Shown: positions 25,748 through 37,117, counted from the first letter of the stretch. The stretch is 64,000 nt of DNA from an uncultured Actinomycetes bacterium (GCA_963725665.1 CAVRZA010000003.1:128001-192000), one strand, 5' to 3'. Notes: generated by a model from the sequence alone, not told the origin. Translations and numbers: made by a program.

Positions 25748-27388
25748 GTGAGCGATCCCGAGCCTGACGGCGCGGGTGGGCCGGGCCGCCCGGCCTCGCC
25801 GGCTCCCGACCCTGCCCTTTCGCCGACGGGGCGGGCGTTTCGTCCGGTCGTGCTCGCCGTCCTCGACGGCTGGGGCAATGCGCAGCCGGGACCGGGCAAC
25901 GCCGTGGAGCTGGCGAGCACACCGGCCTTCGACGCTCTTCTTGCGCGCTGGCCTCACGGTGTCCTCGAGGCCTCCGGTCTTGCAGTCGGCCTGCCGCCGG
26001 GGCAGATGGGCAACTCCGAGGTGGGCCACCTCAACATCGGCGCCGGGCGAGTCGTCTACCAGGAGCTCACGCGCATCACACGCGCGATAGAAGAGGGCGA
26101 GTTCTTCGCCAACCAGGTGCTCAAAGACGCCCTGGCGGCGGCGCGCGAGCGCGGCTCGACCTTCCACCTCATGGGACTCGTCTCGGACGGCGGCGTGCAC
26201 TCCGATCTCGGTCACCTCAAGGCGTGCCTCGAGATGGCGCGCCGCGAGGGGGTGACCGACGTCGTCGTGCACGCCTTCCTCGACGGACGCGACACGCCGC
26301 CGGACAGCGCCGGCGGGTACCTGGCCGAGGTCGCCGATGCGATGGCGGCCGTCGGTGTCGGCCGCTACGGCAGCGTCATCGGGCGCTACTACGCCATGGA
26401 CCGCGACAGTCGCTGGGAGCGCGTGAAGCTCGCCTACGACGCCATGGTCCACGGCGAGGGCGAGCGCGCGCCCGACGAGCAGACCGCGCTCGCCCTCGCC
26501 TACGCGCGCGGCGAGACAGACGAGTTCGTGCGTCCGACGGTCGTCGGCGACGACCGTCGGACGCTGGTGAAGGACGACGACTCGTGTCTCTTCTTCAACT
26601 TCCGCCCCGACCGCGCGCGCGAGCTCACGAGGGCCTTCACCGAGCCGTCGTTCGCCCGCTTCGATCGCGGCCCGCGGCCGCCCCAGGTGACCTTCACCAC
26701 GATGACCCAGTACAAGAAGGAGTTTCCGCTGCCCGTGGCCTTCCCGCCCCAGGGCGTCGAGCACGTGCTGGCCGAGGTGCTCGCCGAGAACGGTCTGCGT
26801 CAGCTGCACGTCGCCGAGACGGAGAAGTACGGGCACGTGACCTTCTTCTTCAATGGGGGGGTCGAGCGCGAAGTGGCGGGGGAGAGGCGCATCCTCATCC
26901 CCAGCCCCCGGGATGTGGCGACCTACGACCAGAAGCCCCAGATGAGCGCTTTCGAGGTGGCCGACGAGCTCGTGCGTCAGCTCGACTCGGGCGAGTTCGA
27001 CTTCATCGTCGTGAACTTCGCCAACGCCGACATGGTGGGACATTCGGGAGTGCTCGAGGCGGCGATCGCCGCCGTCGAGGCCGTCGACGCCTGCGTCGGA
27101 CGGGTGGTCGACAAGGTCCTCAGCCTGAGCGGCGTCTGCCTGGTCACGGCCGACCACGGCAACTCTGACAGCATGGTCGACGCGCGCGGCGGGCCCGACA
27201 CGGCGCACAGCACCAACCCGGTGCCGTTCATCGCCACGGTCGCCGGCGTGCGCGTGCGCGACGGTGGCATCCTGGCCGACATCGCGCCCACCGTGCTGCA
27301 CCTTCTCGGCTACCCGGCCCCGCCCGAGATGACGGGTCGCGATCTTCTCGAGCCGGCCGCGACCTCCGTCGCGGCCGGCTCGGCCTGA
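25748..27388 (+). CDS. gpmI: 2,3-bisphosphoglycerate-independent phosphoglycerate mutase
   Basis: LDGWG, GNSEVGH, GRYYAMDRD, ETEKY.HVT, DMVGH, TADHGN. Confidence 0.96.
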   Translation: MSDPEPDGAGGPGRPASPAPDPALSPTGRAFRPVVLAVLDGWGNAQPGPGNAVELASTPAFDALLARWPHGVLEASGLAVGLPPGQMGNSEVGHLNIGAGRVVYQELTRITRAIEEGEFFANQVLKDALAAARERGSTFHLMGLVSDGGVHSDLGHLKACLEMARREGVTDVVVHAFLDGRDTPPDSAGGYLAEVADAMAAVGVGRYGSVIGRYYAMDRDSRWERVKLAYDAMVHGEGERAPDEQTALALAYARGETDEFVRPTVVGDDRRTLVKDDDSCLFFNFRPDRARELTRAFTEPSFARFDRGPRPPQVTFTTMTQYKKEFPLPVAFPPQGVEHVLAEVLAENGLRQLHVAETEKYGHVTFFFNGGVEREVAGERRILIPSPRDVATYDQKPQMSAFEVADELVRQLDSGEFDFIVVNFANADMVGHSGVLEAAIAAVEAVDACVGRVVDKVLSLSGVCLVTADHGNSDSMVDARGGPDTAHSTNPVPFIATVAGVRVRDGGILADIAPTVLHLLGYPAPPEMTGRDLLEPAATSVAAGSA

Positions 27389-27520
27389 CGTCGGCGACTC
27401 CGCCTGACGCCGGCGGGCCGGCTCCGTCCGAGGCCGACGACTGCGCCGCCCTGCGATTGTCATAAGGGGGCAGCGCGCGTATGCTCTCGCGAGGCACGGA
27501 TCGACACGCTGGAGAATCCC

Positions 27521-27739
27521 ATGCTGAACGCCATCTTGATAGCCGTCTACTTGCTGGTCGCGGTCCTTCTCATCGCCCTCGTCCTGTTGCATTCGGGCAA
27601 GGACGCCGGCATGAGCAGCTCCTCCGGCTTCTCCTTCGCCTCTCAGGCGAGCGTCATGGAGAAGAACCTGACCCGCTACACCATCATCACGGGGGTCGTG
27701 TTCTTCGCGCTGACGTTCGTCCTCATCTGGCGGCTCTAG
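27521..27739 (+). CDS. secG: Preprotein translocase subunit SecG
   Basis: Two TM segments, VLLHSGK..G, EKNLTRYT; position after the glycolytic genes. Confidence 0.9.
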   Translation: MLNAILIAVYLLVAVLLIALVLLHSGKDAGMSSSSGFSFASQASVMEKNLTRYTIITGVVFFALTFVLIWRL

Positions 27740-27944
27740 CCGCTGCGGGCCACGCCCGACGAAGCACCTTCCCCGGCGGCAGGATGGTGGTAGACTGCGC
27801 AGAACCTATGCACGTCTGCAAGATTCCGACTGATACGGGACGGGACAGGAGGTATCCGATATCGGGGGAGACGTAGGGTCGTCTAACCGGGAGATCCCCC
27901 CGAGGGGTGGGGGGCGGTCACTGCTTCAAGAGAAGGGAGTCACA

Positions 27945-29618
27945 TTGACAAGGATTGACAGAAAGTGGGCCGTGCTGGCCGTCGCGCTCGTGCTGGTCGC
28001 TCTGGCGCTGGCGCTGGCCGCCTGCGGCAGCAGCAGCACCACGACGACGGCCTCGCCGGCCGAGAGCCCCAAGGCGGGCGGTACGTTCACCTGGGGGGAG
28101 GAAGCCGACCCCGGCGGCATCGCGCCGTGGACCGTCTACGAATCCGTGGGCTGGAACATCAACCACCAGACCTTCGAGGGTCTCGTCAAGTACACGGTCC
28201 AGCCCGACGGCACGATGAAGACCGAGCCCGACATCGCCGAGAGCTACTCGAGCCCCGACGGTAGGGTGTGGACGTTCAAGCTGAAGCAGGGCGTCATGTT
28301 CGGGCCGCCGGTGAACCGCGAGGTCAAGGCGCAGGACTTCGTCGCCTCGTGGGACTTCAACAGCGACAAGAGCCTGGGTACGAACTACACGGTGTTCGTC
28401 TTTGCCTCCATCGTCGGCACCGACGACTCGGGCTTCCGCAAGGGCGCGACGCTCACCGGTGTAAAGGCGGTCGACGACTACACGCTCGAGGTCACGCTGA
28501 AGAAGCCGTTCTACGACTTCCCCGTGACGACGGGTCACCCGATCATGATGGTCGAGCCGGTCGACTACGTAAAGCAGGTCGGGGTGAAGAAGTACGCCCA
28601 GAAGCCGGTCGGCGGCACGGGGCCGTACATGGTCGACGCCTGGGTCCCCAACAAGTACGTCAACATGGTCAAGAACCCGAGCTGGTGGCAGGCGGGCAGC
28701 GGCACGGGACCGTATCTCGACACGCTGCAGATGAAGAGGTACGGCAACGAGAACAGCGAGTGGCTCGACTTCCAGAAGGGCACCATCGACTGGACGATCG
28801 TCCCGCCGGGGCAGATCGCCGCGGCCGAGAACAACCCCAAGGTCAAGGACGGCACGTGGTCGGCCAAGAAGTGGCCCGAACTGGCGATCGAGTACACCAA
28901 CATCAACATGAAGGACTCGGTCGTCGGGGGCACCAAGGGCCTGCCGATCCGCCAGGCGCTGGCCTACTCGGCCGACACCAACGCCATCATCAACGTGGTG
29001 CGCGAGGGCGTCCCGGTCCCGGCGACCGGCTTCGTGCCGGCGGGTATCCCGGGCTCCGGCCTCGTCTCGCTGCCCTACCCCTACGATCTCAACAAGGCCA
29101 AGGAGCTCGTGGCCCAGATCGGTACGGTCCCGACGCTGAACTACTGGACGGAGACCAACTCCGAGACGGCGACGAAGGTGGCCGAGGCCCTGCAGGCGGG
29201 CTGGAAGCAGGCTGGCATCAACGTGAAGATCACGGCCTACGAGTGGAACAAGCTCAACAGCTTGCAGCGCGATGCCGCACCCGGCGACCAGATCGGGCGC
29301 TCCGGTTGGCTGGCCGACTACCCGCTGCAGGACGACTTCCTCTACCCCATGTTCTACAGCACGCAGATGGGGCTGAACGGCTACTCGTTCTACTCGAACC
29401 CCAAGTTCGATGCCCTGATCGACCAGGCGCGGGCCACGGCCGACGAGACACAGCGTCGTAACCTGTACGCCGAGGCCGAGAAGCTCGTCCTCGACGATGG
29501 GGTGGTGATCCCGACCTACTTCTTCCGCGCCTTCCGCGTCTGGAACTCGACGCGCATCGGTGGCCTGGTGTACTCGCCGCTTGCCACCTGGAACCTGTGG
29601 AGCGCGTGGGTCAAGTAG
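27945..29618 (+). CDS. Peptide ABC transporter substrate-binding lipoprotein (SBP family 5)
   Basis: Lipobox LAAC, Ser/Thr linker, GTGPY, IRQAL, W.ADY. Confidence 0.92.
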   Translation: MTRIDRKWAVLAVALVLVALALALAACGSSSTTTTASPAESPKAGGTFTWGEEADPGGIAPWTVYESVGWNINHQTFEGLVKYTVQPDGTMKTEPDIAESYSSPDGRVWTFKLKQGVMFGPPVNREVKAQDFVASWDFNSDKSLGTNYTVFVFASIVGTDDSGFRKGATLTGVKAVDDYTLEVTLKKPFYDFPVTTGHPIMMVEPVDYVKQVGVKKYAQKPVGGTGPYMVDAWVPNKYVNMVKNPSWWQAGSGTGPYLDTLQMKRYGNENSEWLDFQKGTIDWTIVPPGQIAAAENNPKVKDGTWSAKKWPELAIEYTNINMKDSVVGGTKGLPIRQALAYSADTNAIINVVREGVPVPATGFVPAGIPGSGLVSLPYPYDLNKAKELVAQIGTVPTLNYWTETNSETATKVAEALQAGWKQAGINVKITAYEWNKLNSLQRDAAPGDQIGRSGWLADYPLQDDFLYPMFYSTQMGLNGYSFYSNPKFDALIDQARATADETQRRNLYAEAEKLVLDDGVVIPTYFFRAFRVWNSTRIGGLVYSPLATWNLWSAWVK

Positions 29619-29665
29619 AGCTTGCTAGTGGCGTGAGCGCCGCCTACACTCCGTAGGCGACGGTC

Positions 29666-29703
29666 TGGGCGGTCTGCCGCCGCAAAGGGCGGCAGACCGC
29701 CCA
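29666..29703 (+). terminator. Strong stem-loop after the SBP gene (terminator or mRNA stabiliser)
   Basis: Perfect 16-bp stem TGGGCGGTCTGCCGCC / GGCGGCAGACCGCCCA; smaller hairpin at 29641-29659. Confidence 0.7.
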
Positions 29704-29764
29704 TTCATGCGCGGTCGGCTCGTCGATCGGCGCCCCGGGCGCCGCGTGAGGTACACAACCCCGG

Positions 29765-30721
29765 ATGATCAGCTACATAGTCAGGCGTCTCTTCCAGCTC
29801 GTCATCGTGCTGATCGGCGTCACCATCCTCACCTTCGCCATCCTCTTCCTGGTCCCGGGCGATCCGGCGACGGTCCTCGCCGGCAAGGACGTCACACCCG
29901 AGAAGCTGGCCGTCATCCGCCACAACCTCGGCCTCGACAAGCCAATCTACGTGCAGTACGGCCTCTTCATGGGGCGCCTGCTGCGCGGCGATCTCGGGGA
30001 TTCGTACCAGCAGCAGCGTCCGGTGACGCAGATGATCAGGGAGGCGCTGCCGAACACGGTGCAGCTCGCCATGGCGGCCGTCCTGATCGAGCTCTTGGGC
30101 ATCCCGCTGGGCATCTACTCGGCGCTGCGCCAGTTCACGTTCTGGGACACGGCGCTGACCACCTCCGCCCTCATCATCTGGGGCATCCCGGTCTTCGTGC
30201 TCGGCCTCTTCATGCAGTGGTTCTTCGGCCTGAAGCTCGGCCTGTTTCCGATCGCCGGCAGCAGCGGCGGCACCCTCCTGTGGGTCATCCCCACCGACTG
30301 GACGAACCTCTCCTACCTCATCCTGCCCGCCGTGACGCTGGGCATCATCGAGATCGCCTACATCTCGTACATGCAGCGCGCCTCGATGCTCGAGGTGATC
30401 CGCTCCGACTACGTGCGCACGGCTCGGGCCAAGGGCCTGTCCGAGCGCTCGGTCGTGTACAAGCACAGTCTCAAAAACGCGCTGATCCCGGTGATGACGA
30501 TCGCCGGCATCGACCTGGGCGCCCTGATGGGCGGCGCCATCCTCACCGAGACCGTCTTCTCGCGCTTCGGCATCGGCCTGATGATCTACAACGCCATCAA
30601 CGCTCGTGACCTCCCGGTCGTGGCCGGCGGCGTGCTCTTCGCCACGTTCGTGTTCGTGATCGCCAACCTCGTGGTCGACATCGCCTACGCCTACGTCGAT
30701 CCCCGTATCCGCTACGAGTAG
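29765..30721 (+). CDS. Peptide ABC transporter permease (OppB/DppB)
   Basis: PGDPA, GLDKP, DYVRTARAKGL, H.LKNAL, DPRI. Confidence 0.93.
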   Translation: MISYIVRRLFQLVIVLIGVTILTFAILFLVPGDPATVLAGKDVTPEKLAVIRHNLGLDKPIYVQYGLFMGRLLRGDLGDSYQQQRPVTQMIREALPNTVQLAMAAVLIELLGIPLGIYSALRQFTFWDTALTTSALIIWGIPVFVLGLFMQWFFGLKLGLFPIAGSSGGTLLWVIPTDWTNLSYLILPAVTLGIIEIAYISYMQRASMLEVIRSDYVRTARAKGLSERSVVYKHSLKNALIPVMTIAGIDLGALMGGAILTETVFSRFGIGLMIYNAINARDLPVVAGGVLFATFVFVIANLVVDIAYAYVDPRIRYE

Positions 30722-30728
30722 GGTAGGC

Positions 30729-31700
30729 GTGGCCGACACGACCTCAGCCGCCTCGTTCGGAGCCCCGCAGCTCGACTCGCCGCTGCCGCCGACCGCCGAG
30801 AGCGAGGTGCCGACGACGCGACCGGTAGGGCTGTGGGCCGACACCTGGCGCCGCCTCAAGCGCAACAAGCTGGCACTGGTCGGCCTCGGCATCATCACCG
30901 TCTTCATGATCATCGGCATGAGCCAGGTCATCGCCAACCTCCTCAACGTGCAGCTCACGCCCTACGACCCCAACGCGGTGAACTACACCCTGTCGCCGCA
31001 CGGCCTCGGCTCTCCGCCTTCCCCGGCGCATCCCTTCGGCACCGACTACCTGGGCCGCGACGTCCTCTCGCGCACCATCGTCGCTGCGCGCATCTCGATG
31101 CTCGTCGGTGTCATCGCCGTCGCCATCGCCCTGGTCATCGGGCTCTCCCTGGGGCCCGTCTCGGGCTACTACGGCGGCATCACCGACGCGGTCATCATGC
31201 GCGTCGCCGACGTCTTCTTCGCCTTTCCCTACATCCTCTTCGTGCTGCTCATCATGACGGTGCTGGGGCCCGGCTTCACGAACGTCTTCATCGCCATCGG
31301 TCTGCTGAGCTGGGCGACCTACGCCCGTCTCAACCGCGGTTCGGTGCTCAGCGTGAGGACGATGGAGTTCATCGAGGCGGCGCGCGCGCAAGGGGCCAGC
31401 GATCTGCGCATCATCTTCCGTCACGTGCTGCCCAACACGATGGCGCCGGTCTACGTCGCCATCGCCATGGGGGTCGGCGGCGCCATCGCCACCGAGGCGG
31501 CGCTGAGCTTCCTCGGCATCGGCATCCAGCCGCCGAACGCGAGCTGGGGCAGCATGATCGCGAGCTACTTGACCTACGTGCCCGCCGGCTCCTGGTGGAT
31601 GGAGCTCTTCCCCAGCCTCGCCCTGGTGCTCACGGTCTTCGGCTTCATCGCCTTCGGCAATGGCCTGCGCGACGCCACCGACCCCAAGCTGAAGGAGTAG
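30729..31700 (+). CDS. Peptide ABC transporter permease (OppC/DppC)
   Basis: [32 protein letters not shown]. Confidence 0.93.
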   Translation: MADTTSAASFGAPQLDSPLPPTAESEVPTTRPVGLWADTWRRLKRNKLALVGLGIITVFMIIGMSQVIANLLNVQLTPYDPNAVNYTLSPHGLGSPPSPAHPFGTDYLGRDVLSRTIVAARISMLVGVIAVAIALVIGLSLGPVSGYYGGITDAVIMRVADVFFAFPYILFVLLIMTVLGPGFTNVFIAIGLLSWATYARLNRGSVLSVRTMEFIEAARAQGASDLRIIFRHVLPNTMAPVYVAIAMGVGGAIATEAALSFLGIGIQPPNASWGSMIASYLTYVPAGSWWMELFPSLALVLTVFGFIAFGNGLRDATDPKLKE

Positions 31701-31702
31701 CG

Positions 31703-32728
31703 GTGGCCGAACGCCTCCTCGAGGTCTCCGATCTGAGCACGCACTTCTTCACGCACGCCGGCGTGGTCAAGGCGGTGAACGGGGTGAGCTTCAGCCTCGA
31801 CCGCAACGAGACGCTGGGCATCGTCGGCGAGTCCGGCTCGGGCAAGACCGTGACGGCCCTGTCGATCCTGCGCCTCGTGCCCGACCCGCCGGGCAAGATC
31901 GTCGAGGGATCGATCGTGTTCAAGGGGCGCGACCTGCTGACGCTGAGCGACGACGAGATACGCCAGGTGCGCGGCAACGACATCGCCATGATCTTCCAGG
32001 ACCCCATGACCAGCCTCAATCCGGTGTTCAATGTCGGCTCGCAGATCGCCGAGACGATCACGCTCCATCAGGGCAAGGGCAAGCGCGAGGCGTGGAAGAT
32101 GGCCATCGATCTTCTCGCGAGGGTCGGCATCCCCGATGCCCCGCGGCGTGTGAACGAGTATCCGTTCGAGTTCTCGGGGGGCATGCGCCAGCGGGCCATG
32201 ATCGCCATGGCGATCTCGTGCAACCCGGAGATCCTCATCGCCGACGAGCCGACGACGGCGCTCGACGTGACCATCCAGGCGCAGATCATGGACGTCATCC
32301 GCGAGATGCAGGGCGTGTACAACTCCGGCGTGATCATGATCACGCACGATCTCGGCGTCGTCGCCCAGATGGCCGATCGCGTCATGGTCATGTACGGCGG
32401 CCGCACCGTCGAGTACGGCTCGATCGACGAGGTCTACTACAACCCGCACCAGCCCTACACATGGGGCCTGCTGGGGTCACTGCCGCGCCTCGACGAGGTC
32501 GAGAAGCAGCGCCTCACGCCGATCGAGGGACAGCCACCGAACTTGCTGCTGCTCCCGCCGGGGTGCCCGTTCACCGGACGGTGTCCGTACGAGCGCGAGG
32601 TCTGCCGCGAGGTCTTCCCCGAGCTCGAGATCGTCGGCTCCGAGCACGGCGTGCACTGCTGGGTTCCCCTCGATGAACGGGTGGCCATCCGCGAGCGTCT
32701 GCCCCACTTCAAGGTCAGTGTCGCGTGA
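31703..32728 (+). CDS. Peptide ABC transporter ATPase (OppD/DppD)
   Basis: [25 protein letters not shown]; start GTG 31703. Confidence 0.93.
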   Translation: MAERLLEVSDLSTHFFTHAGVVKAVNGVSFSLDRNETLGIVGESGSGKTVTALSILRLVPDPPGKIVEGSIVFKGRDLLTLSDDEIRQVRGNDIAMIFQDPMTSLNPVFNVGSQIAETITLHQGKGKREAWKMAIDLLARVGIPDAPRRVNEYPFEFSGGMRQRAMIAMAISCNPEILIADEPTTALDVTIQAQIMDVIREMQGVYNSGVIMITHDLGVVAQMADRVMVMYGGRTVEYGSIDEVYYNPHQPYTWGLLGSLPRLDEVEKQRLTPIEGQPPNLLLLPPGCPFTGRCPYEREVCREVFPELEIVGSEHGVHCWVPLDERVAIRERLPHFKVSVA

Positions 32729-33753
32729 GCCTGCTCGAAGTCAAGGACCTCAAGAAGCACTTCCCCATCAAGTCCGGGGTCCTCAGGCGGACTACCGGCC
32801 ACGTCTACGCCGTCGACGGCGTCTCGTTCTCGATCGAGGAGGGCGAGACGCTCGGGCTCGTCGGCGAGAGCGGCTGCGGCAAGTCGACGACGGGCCGCGT
32901 GATCCTCAGGCTGCTGCCGGCGACCGACGGCGAGGTCACGTTCGACGGGCAGGACGTCATGGCCGCCTCCCGTCTCGAGATGCAGCGTCTGCGGCGCGAC
33001 ATGCAGATCGTCTTCCAGGATCCCTACTCCTCGCTGAACCCGCGCATGCGGGTCAAGAAGATCATCGGCGAGCCGCTGCGCATCCACGGCATCGGCACCG
33101 ACAAGGAGCGCCAGGAGCGGGTCGCCGAGCTGCTCGAGACCGTCGGCCTCACGGCCGAGCAGGGCGAGCGCTATCCCCACGAGTTCTCCGGCGGCCAGCG
33201 CCAGCGCATCGGCGTAGCCAGGGCGCTGGCGCTGAACCCTCGCTTAATCGTCGCCGACGAGCCCGTGAGCGCCCTCGACGTCTCGATCCAGGCGCAGATG
33301 ATCAACCTGCTCGAAGACCTGCAGAAGCAGCTCAGGCTGACCTACCTGGTGATCGCGCACGACCTCTCGGTCGTCAAGCACATCTCCGACCGTGTCGTCG
33401 TGATGTACCTCGGCAAGGTCGTGGAGATCGCCGACAGCTCACTCATGTACGAGCGCCCGGAGCATCCGTACACAGAGGCCCTGCTGTCGGCGGTACCCAT
33501 CCCCGACCCCAGGACGGAGCGCGCCCGGCGGCGCATCATCCTCGAGGGCGACGTGCCCAGCCCCGTCAACCCGCCGCAGGGGTGCGTGTTCCACCCTCGC
33601 TGCCCGCGCATGCAGCCCGACCCCTGCACGGTGGCCATGCCGCCAATAGAGAGCACCGCCGGTCAGGACGTCGGTGTCGACCACCAGGTTGCCTGCTACT
33701 TCCCGACCCGTTACGCCGTCGACGGGACCGTGACGGCGAACGCGCCGGTCTGA
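32725..33753 (+). CDS. Peptide ABC transporter ATPase (OppF/DppF)
   Basis: [31 protein letters not shown]. Confidence 0.93.
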   Translation: MSLLEVKDLKKHFPIKSGVLRRTTGHVYAVDGVSFSIEEGETLGLVGESGCGKSTTGRVILRLLPATDGEVTFDGQDVMAASRLEMQRLRRDMQIVFQDPYSSLNPRMRVKKIIGEPLRIHGIGTDKERQERVAELLETVGLTAEQGERYPHEFSGGQRQRIGVARALALNPRLIVADEPVSALDVSIQAQMINLLEDLQKQLRLTYLVIAHDLSVVKHISDRVVVMYLGKVVEIADSSLMYERPEHPYTEALLSAVPIPDPRTERARRRIILEGDVPSPVNPPQGCVFHPRCPRMQPDPCTVAMPPIESTAGQDVGVDHQVACYFPTRYAVDGTVTANAPV

Positions 33754-33802
33754 TCTAGCAGCCAGGCTCTTTGGCTGCCCTCTGCGAGCGTGCGATCTCT
33801 CG

Positions 33803-34783
33803 TTGGCACTTCATTGTGACACTTCATTGATCGGGCAGCGACGCGGCCTCTTGCTCTGCTCGCTGCATCACCGCGCCGCGTTGGCGGCCTGCGTCCTCCT
33901 GCTCATGGGCGGCGCACTCTGGGTAGGCGGCTGCGGCGCGGGCAGTCCAGGGAGCGCCAAGTCGCCGGCGGATGCGGTCGTCGCCAGGGTCAACGGTCGG
34001 CCCATCCACGAGGGCCAGGTGGCCGCCGTCATCGCCGAGGCGCGCCTCGTGAACCAGACCACTACCGAGAAGCAAGCTCTCGACGGCGTCATCGACGAGG
34101 AGCTCCTGCGCCAGGAGGCCGAGCGCCTCGCGGTCGCGCCGCCGCCGGCGCTCGTCGAGGCGCGCTTGCGCGCCCTCGAGCGCCGGGTCGGCGGCGCGAC
34201 CGCGCTCGACGAGGCCCTCAAGACCGTGGGCCTGACGCGGGCTCAGCTCCGCGAGCGGCTCGCCGTCGTCGTGCTCGGCGAACGGGTCGCGGCGGCCAAG
34301 TTCCCGAAGCTCATGGTCACGCGCCGCGACGCGCAGTCCTACTACCGCCGGCACCTCTTCGTGTTCACGGCGCCGGCGGCGGTGAAGCTGGGCGACATTG
34401 TCGTGCGCACCGAGCGCATGGCGGAGGGCGCCATAGAGCGTATCCGTGGCGGCCAGAGCTTCTACGAGACGGCGAAGACGTTCATCCGCGACCCCGAGCA
34501 GAAGCGGGTCGGCGGGCAGCTTGGCTGGGTGCGCACCGACACGCTGCCGACGGCGATCGCCAAGGCTGTGGCCAAGCTGAGCCCCGGGCAGATCTCGGAG
34601 CCGGTGCAGAGTCTGGGCGGTTTCAACGTCATCAAGCTCTACGCCAGGCGAGCGGCGCGGACCACCCCCTTCGCCCAGGTCGAAGCGAAGGTCCGCGCCG
34701 CCGCATTGAGTCAGCGCCGCGCCGCAGCCCTGAGGCGCTCGCTCGACGAAGCGCGAGCCAGCGCCCACATCCAGAAGACGTAG
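33803..34783 (+). CDS. PrsA/SurA-like parvulin foldase lipoprotein (start uncertain)
   Basis: Lipobox VGGC, VVARVNG, GGQLGW, GQISEPV. Confidence 0.8.
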   Translation: MALHCDTSLIGQRRGLLLCSLHHRAALAACVLLLMGGALWVGGCGAGSPGSAKSPADAVVARVNGRPIHEGQVAAVIAEARLVNQTTTEKQALDGVIDEELLRQEAERLAVAPPPALVEARLRALERRVGGATALDEALKTVGLTRAQLRERLAVVVLGERVAAAKFPKLMVTRRDAQSYYRRHLFVFTAPAAVKLGDIVVRTERMAEGAIERIRGGQSFYETAKTFIRDPEQKRVGGQLGWVRTDTLPTAIAKAVAKLSPGQISEPVQSLGGFNVIKLYARRAARTTPFAQVEAKVRAAALSQRRAAALRRSLDEARASAHIQKT

Positions 34784-34866
34784 CGGAGCGCCGGGACCAG
34801 ACCCCCGCCCGCCGAAAGGCGTCGTGCCGGACACCGCCTGTTGCGAAGCACAGTAGAATGGCCGCC

Positions 34867-36534
34867 ATGACAGCGCAACGCCGCATCGGCAACCTCGACC
34901 GTGCGCGCCAGATCGGCGAGGCTGCCGCGCGTCACGGCTTCGGCTACTTCCTCAGGCGCTACGACCTGATCACCCTCGTGCCGTTCGGCGAGCGCATGTT
35001 CGGTGTGGGCGACCAGTCCGAGTCACGCGGCAAGCGGTTACGGTTGATGCTCGAGGAGCTCGGGCCGACGTTCGTCAAGTTCGGGCAGGTGCTCTCGACC
35101 CGTCCCGACGTCGTGCCCGAGGACGTCGTCACCGAACTGGCCGAGCTTCAGGACGCCGTGGCGCCGTTCCCGTTGCCGGAGGTCGAGCAGACGGTCGAGG
35201 CGGAGCTCGGCCTCACCATCGCACAGGCTTTTGAGAGCTTCGATCCGGTGCCTATGGCGGCGGCGAGCATCGGACAGGTGCACCGCGCGGTCCTGCCCGA
35301 CGGCCGCGCGGTGGCGGTGAAGGTGCAACGCCCGCAAGCGGAGACGCTGGTGAACGCCGACCTCGACCTGCTCGGACAGCTCGCGCAGCGTCTCGCCCAG
35401 GTCGGTGGGGAACGCCTGTTCGTCGACCCGGTCCAGCTCGTCGACGAGTTCGGGCGTGCGCTGCGTGCCGAGATGGACTACCGGACGGAGGCGCGTAACG
35501 CCGAGGCCCTTCGCCGCGCCTTCGCCGGCGACCGACGGGTCGTAATCCCCAGGGTGGTGTGGTCGTACACGCGCCGGCGGGTCCTGACGACGGAGCTGAT
35601 CGAGGGCACGCAGGTCGCCGACGTCGACCTGGCGGCCATGTCGATGGCCGAGCGCAAGACGCTGGTCGACAAGATGGCGGTGCTCTGGCTCGAGATGGTC
35701 TTCACACATGGCCTCTTCCATGGCGATCCGCATCCGGCCAACATCATCGTACGTCAGGACGGCAGCCTGGGCCTCGTCGACTTCGGGGTCGTCGGCCACT
35801 TGAGCGACGAGGACATCGAGAGCATCACCCAGCTCTTCATCGACGTCGTCGACCAGGACGTCGAAGGCGTGGCGGGGCGGCTGTGGGACCTCGGTGTGCG
35901 CTGGACTCCCGACGACGACGAACGTGTGCGCCAGGAGTTGCGCGACCTTTTCGGGCGTTACTACGGGTCTCGTCTCGACGAGGTCGATCCCGTGGGTGTT
36001 CTCGAGGATGTGTTCCGGGCCGTCTACCGTCTCAAGCTGCGCCTGCCGACCAAGTTCGTCGTGCTGCAGAAGGCGATCGTGACCCTCGAAGGCGTGGGCG
36101 CCACCATCTATCCCCAGTTCGACGCCATCGCGCTGGCTCGTCCCTACGCGCGGCGCCTCCTGGTGCGGCGCCTGTCGCCGCTGGCCGCGGCGGGCAGGCT
36201 GCGCGACCGCGGCGAGCGCTACCTGGCGCTGGCCCAGGAGGCGCCGGAGTCGGTCGCCGAGATCCTGCGCCAGCTGCGCCGGGGGCAGCTCGAAGTCAAG
36301 GTGACCCCGACCGGTCTCGACCCGGTGTTCGCGCGCGTAAGCCGCATCGCCAACCGGCTGGTCGTGGCGGTCATCATCGCGGCGCTGCTGCTCGGCTCCT
36401 CGATCCTGTGGGTCTTCGGCGGCATGGGTGCGGGCCTCTACGGCGCACGCATCGGCGGCTTCCTGGGCTACGCCCTTGCCGTGGTGTTTGGGGTCTGGGT
36501 CCTGGTTGCTATACTGCGGCACGGACGCCTCTAG
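34867..36534 (+). CDS. UbiB/ABC1 (AarF) family atypical kinase
   Basis: LGPTFVKFGQ, AAASIGQVH, VAVKVQRP, HGDPH.AN, DFG, two C-terminal TMs. Confidence 0.92.
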   Translation: MTAQRRIGNLDRARQIGEAAARHGFGYFLRRYDLITLVPFGERMFGVGDQSESRGKRLRLMLEELGPTFVKFGQVLSTRPDVVPEDVVTELAELQDAVAPFPLPEVEQTVEAELGLTIAQAFESFDPVPMAAASIGQVHRAVLPDGRAVAVKVQRPQAETLVNADLDLLGQLAQRLAQVGGERLFVDPVQLVDEFGRALRAEMDYRTEARNAEALRRAFAGDRRVVIPRVVWSYTRRRVLTTELIEGTQVADVDLAAMSMAERKTLVDKMAVLWLEMVFTHGLFHGDPHPANIIVRQDGSLGLVDFGVVGHLSDEDIESITQLFIDVVDQDVEGVAGRLWDLGVRWTPDDDERVRQELRDLFGRYYGSRLDEVDPVGVLEDVFRAVYRLKLRLPTKFVVLQKAIVTLEGVGATIYPQFDAIALARPYARRLLVRRLSPLAAAGRLRDRGERYLALAQEAPESVAEILRQLRRGQLEVKVTPTGLDPVFARVSRIANRLVVAVIIAALLLGSSILWVFGGMGAGLYGARIGGFLGYALAVVFGVWVLVAILRHGRL

Positions 36535-36628
36535 GTAGGCGTGGGCGAGCGCGCTTCCGGCGCAGCGACGGCAAGCGCGCTCGGCCGCTGGCGTCCGCAG
36601 CCGGACTCTCCGACACGCGGGGCGAGCC

Positions 36629-37117
36629 GTGAAGGACATCCTCATCGTGTTGCTGGTCATCGCCGTCGCCCTGCTCATCATCGGGGCGGCCAACAACGAC
36701 CAGCGCGTCGACCTCGACTACATCTTCGGCACCTGGCACCAGGTCTCGCTCTTCACCCTGATCGCCATCGCCGCCGGGGCGCTCGTGGTCGTCGGTCTCA
36801 CGGCGGCCGCCTTTGCGGCGCTAGGAGCGGCCGGCGACCGGCGCAAGCTCGAGCGCGAGCTCGAGCAGACGTACGGTCGCCTGCGCGATGCCGAAGCTCA
36901 CGGCGCCCAGATGGCCGCAGAGGCCGCGGCGGCGTCGGCGGGGGCGAGACGCGAGGAGCTCCCCGTGGGGGGGGCCTCCGGCGCGTCGTCGGCCGCCGCA
37001 GTCGCCGATGCCGCCGCGGGACCGGACGACAGCGCCGCGGGGCCGTACGACGGTGCCGCGGGGTCGGACGATCGCACGCGCGCGCTCCGCCATCAGCCGG
37101 GGCGTGACGACACCTGA
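36629..37117 (+). CDS. LapA-like membrane protein with low-complexity tail
   Basis: TM-N..V.L.Y.FG-TM followed by coiled coil. Confidence 0.6.
   Translation: MKDILIVLLVIAVALLIIGAANNDQRVDLDYIFGTWHQVSLFTLIAIAAGALVVVGLTAAAFAALGAAGDRRKLERELEQTYGRLRDAEAHGAQMAAEAAAASAGARREELPVGGASGASSAAAVADAAAGPDDSAAGPYDGAAGSDDRTRALRHQPGRDDT

Noticed and set aside
27740-27944. tRNA after secG
   Set aside because: No cloverleaf or T-loop GTTCRA motif
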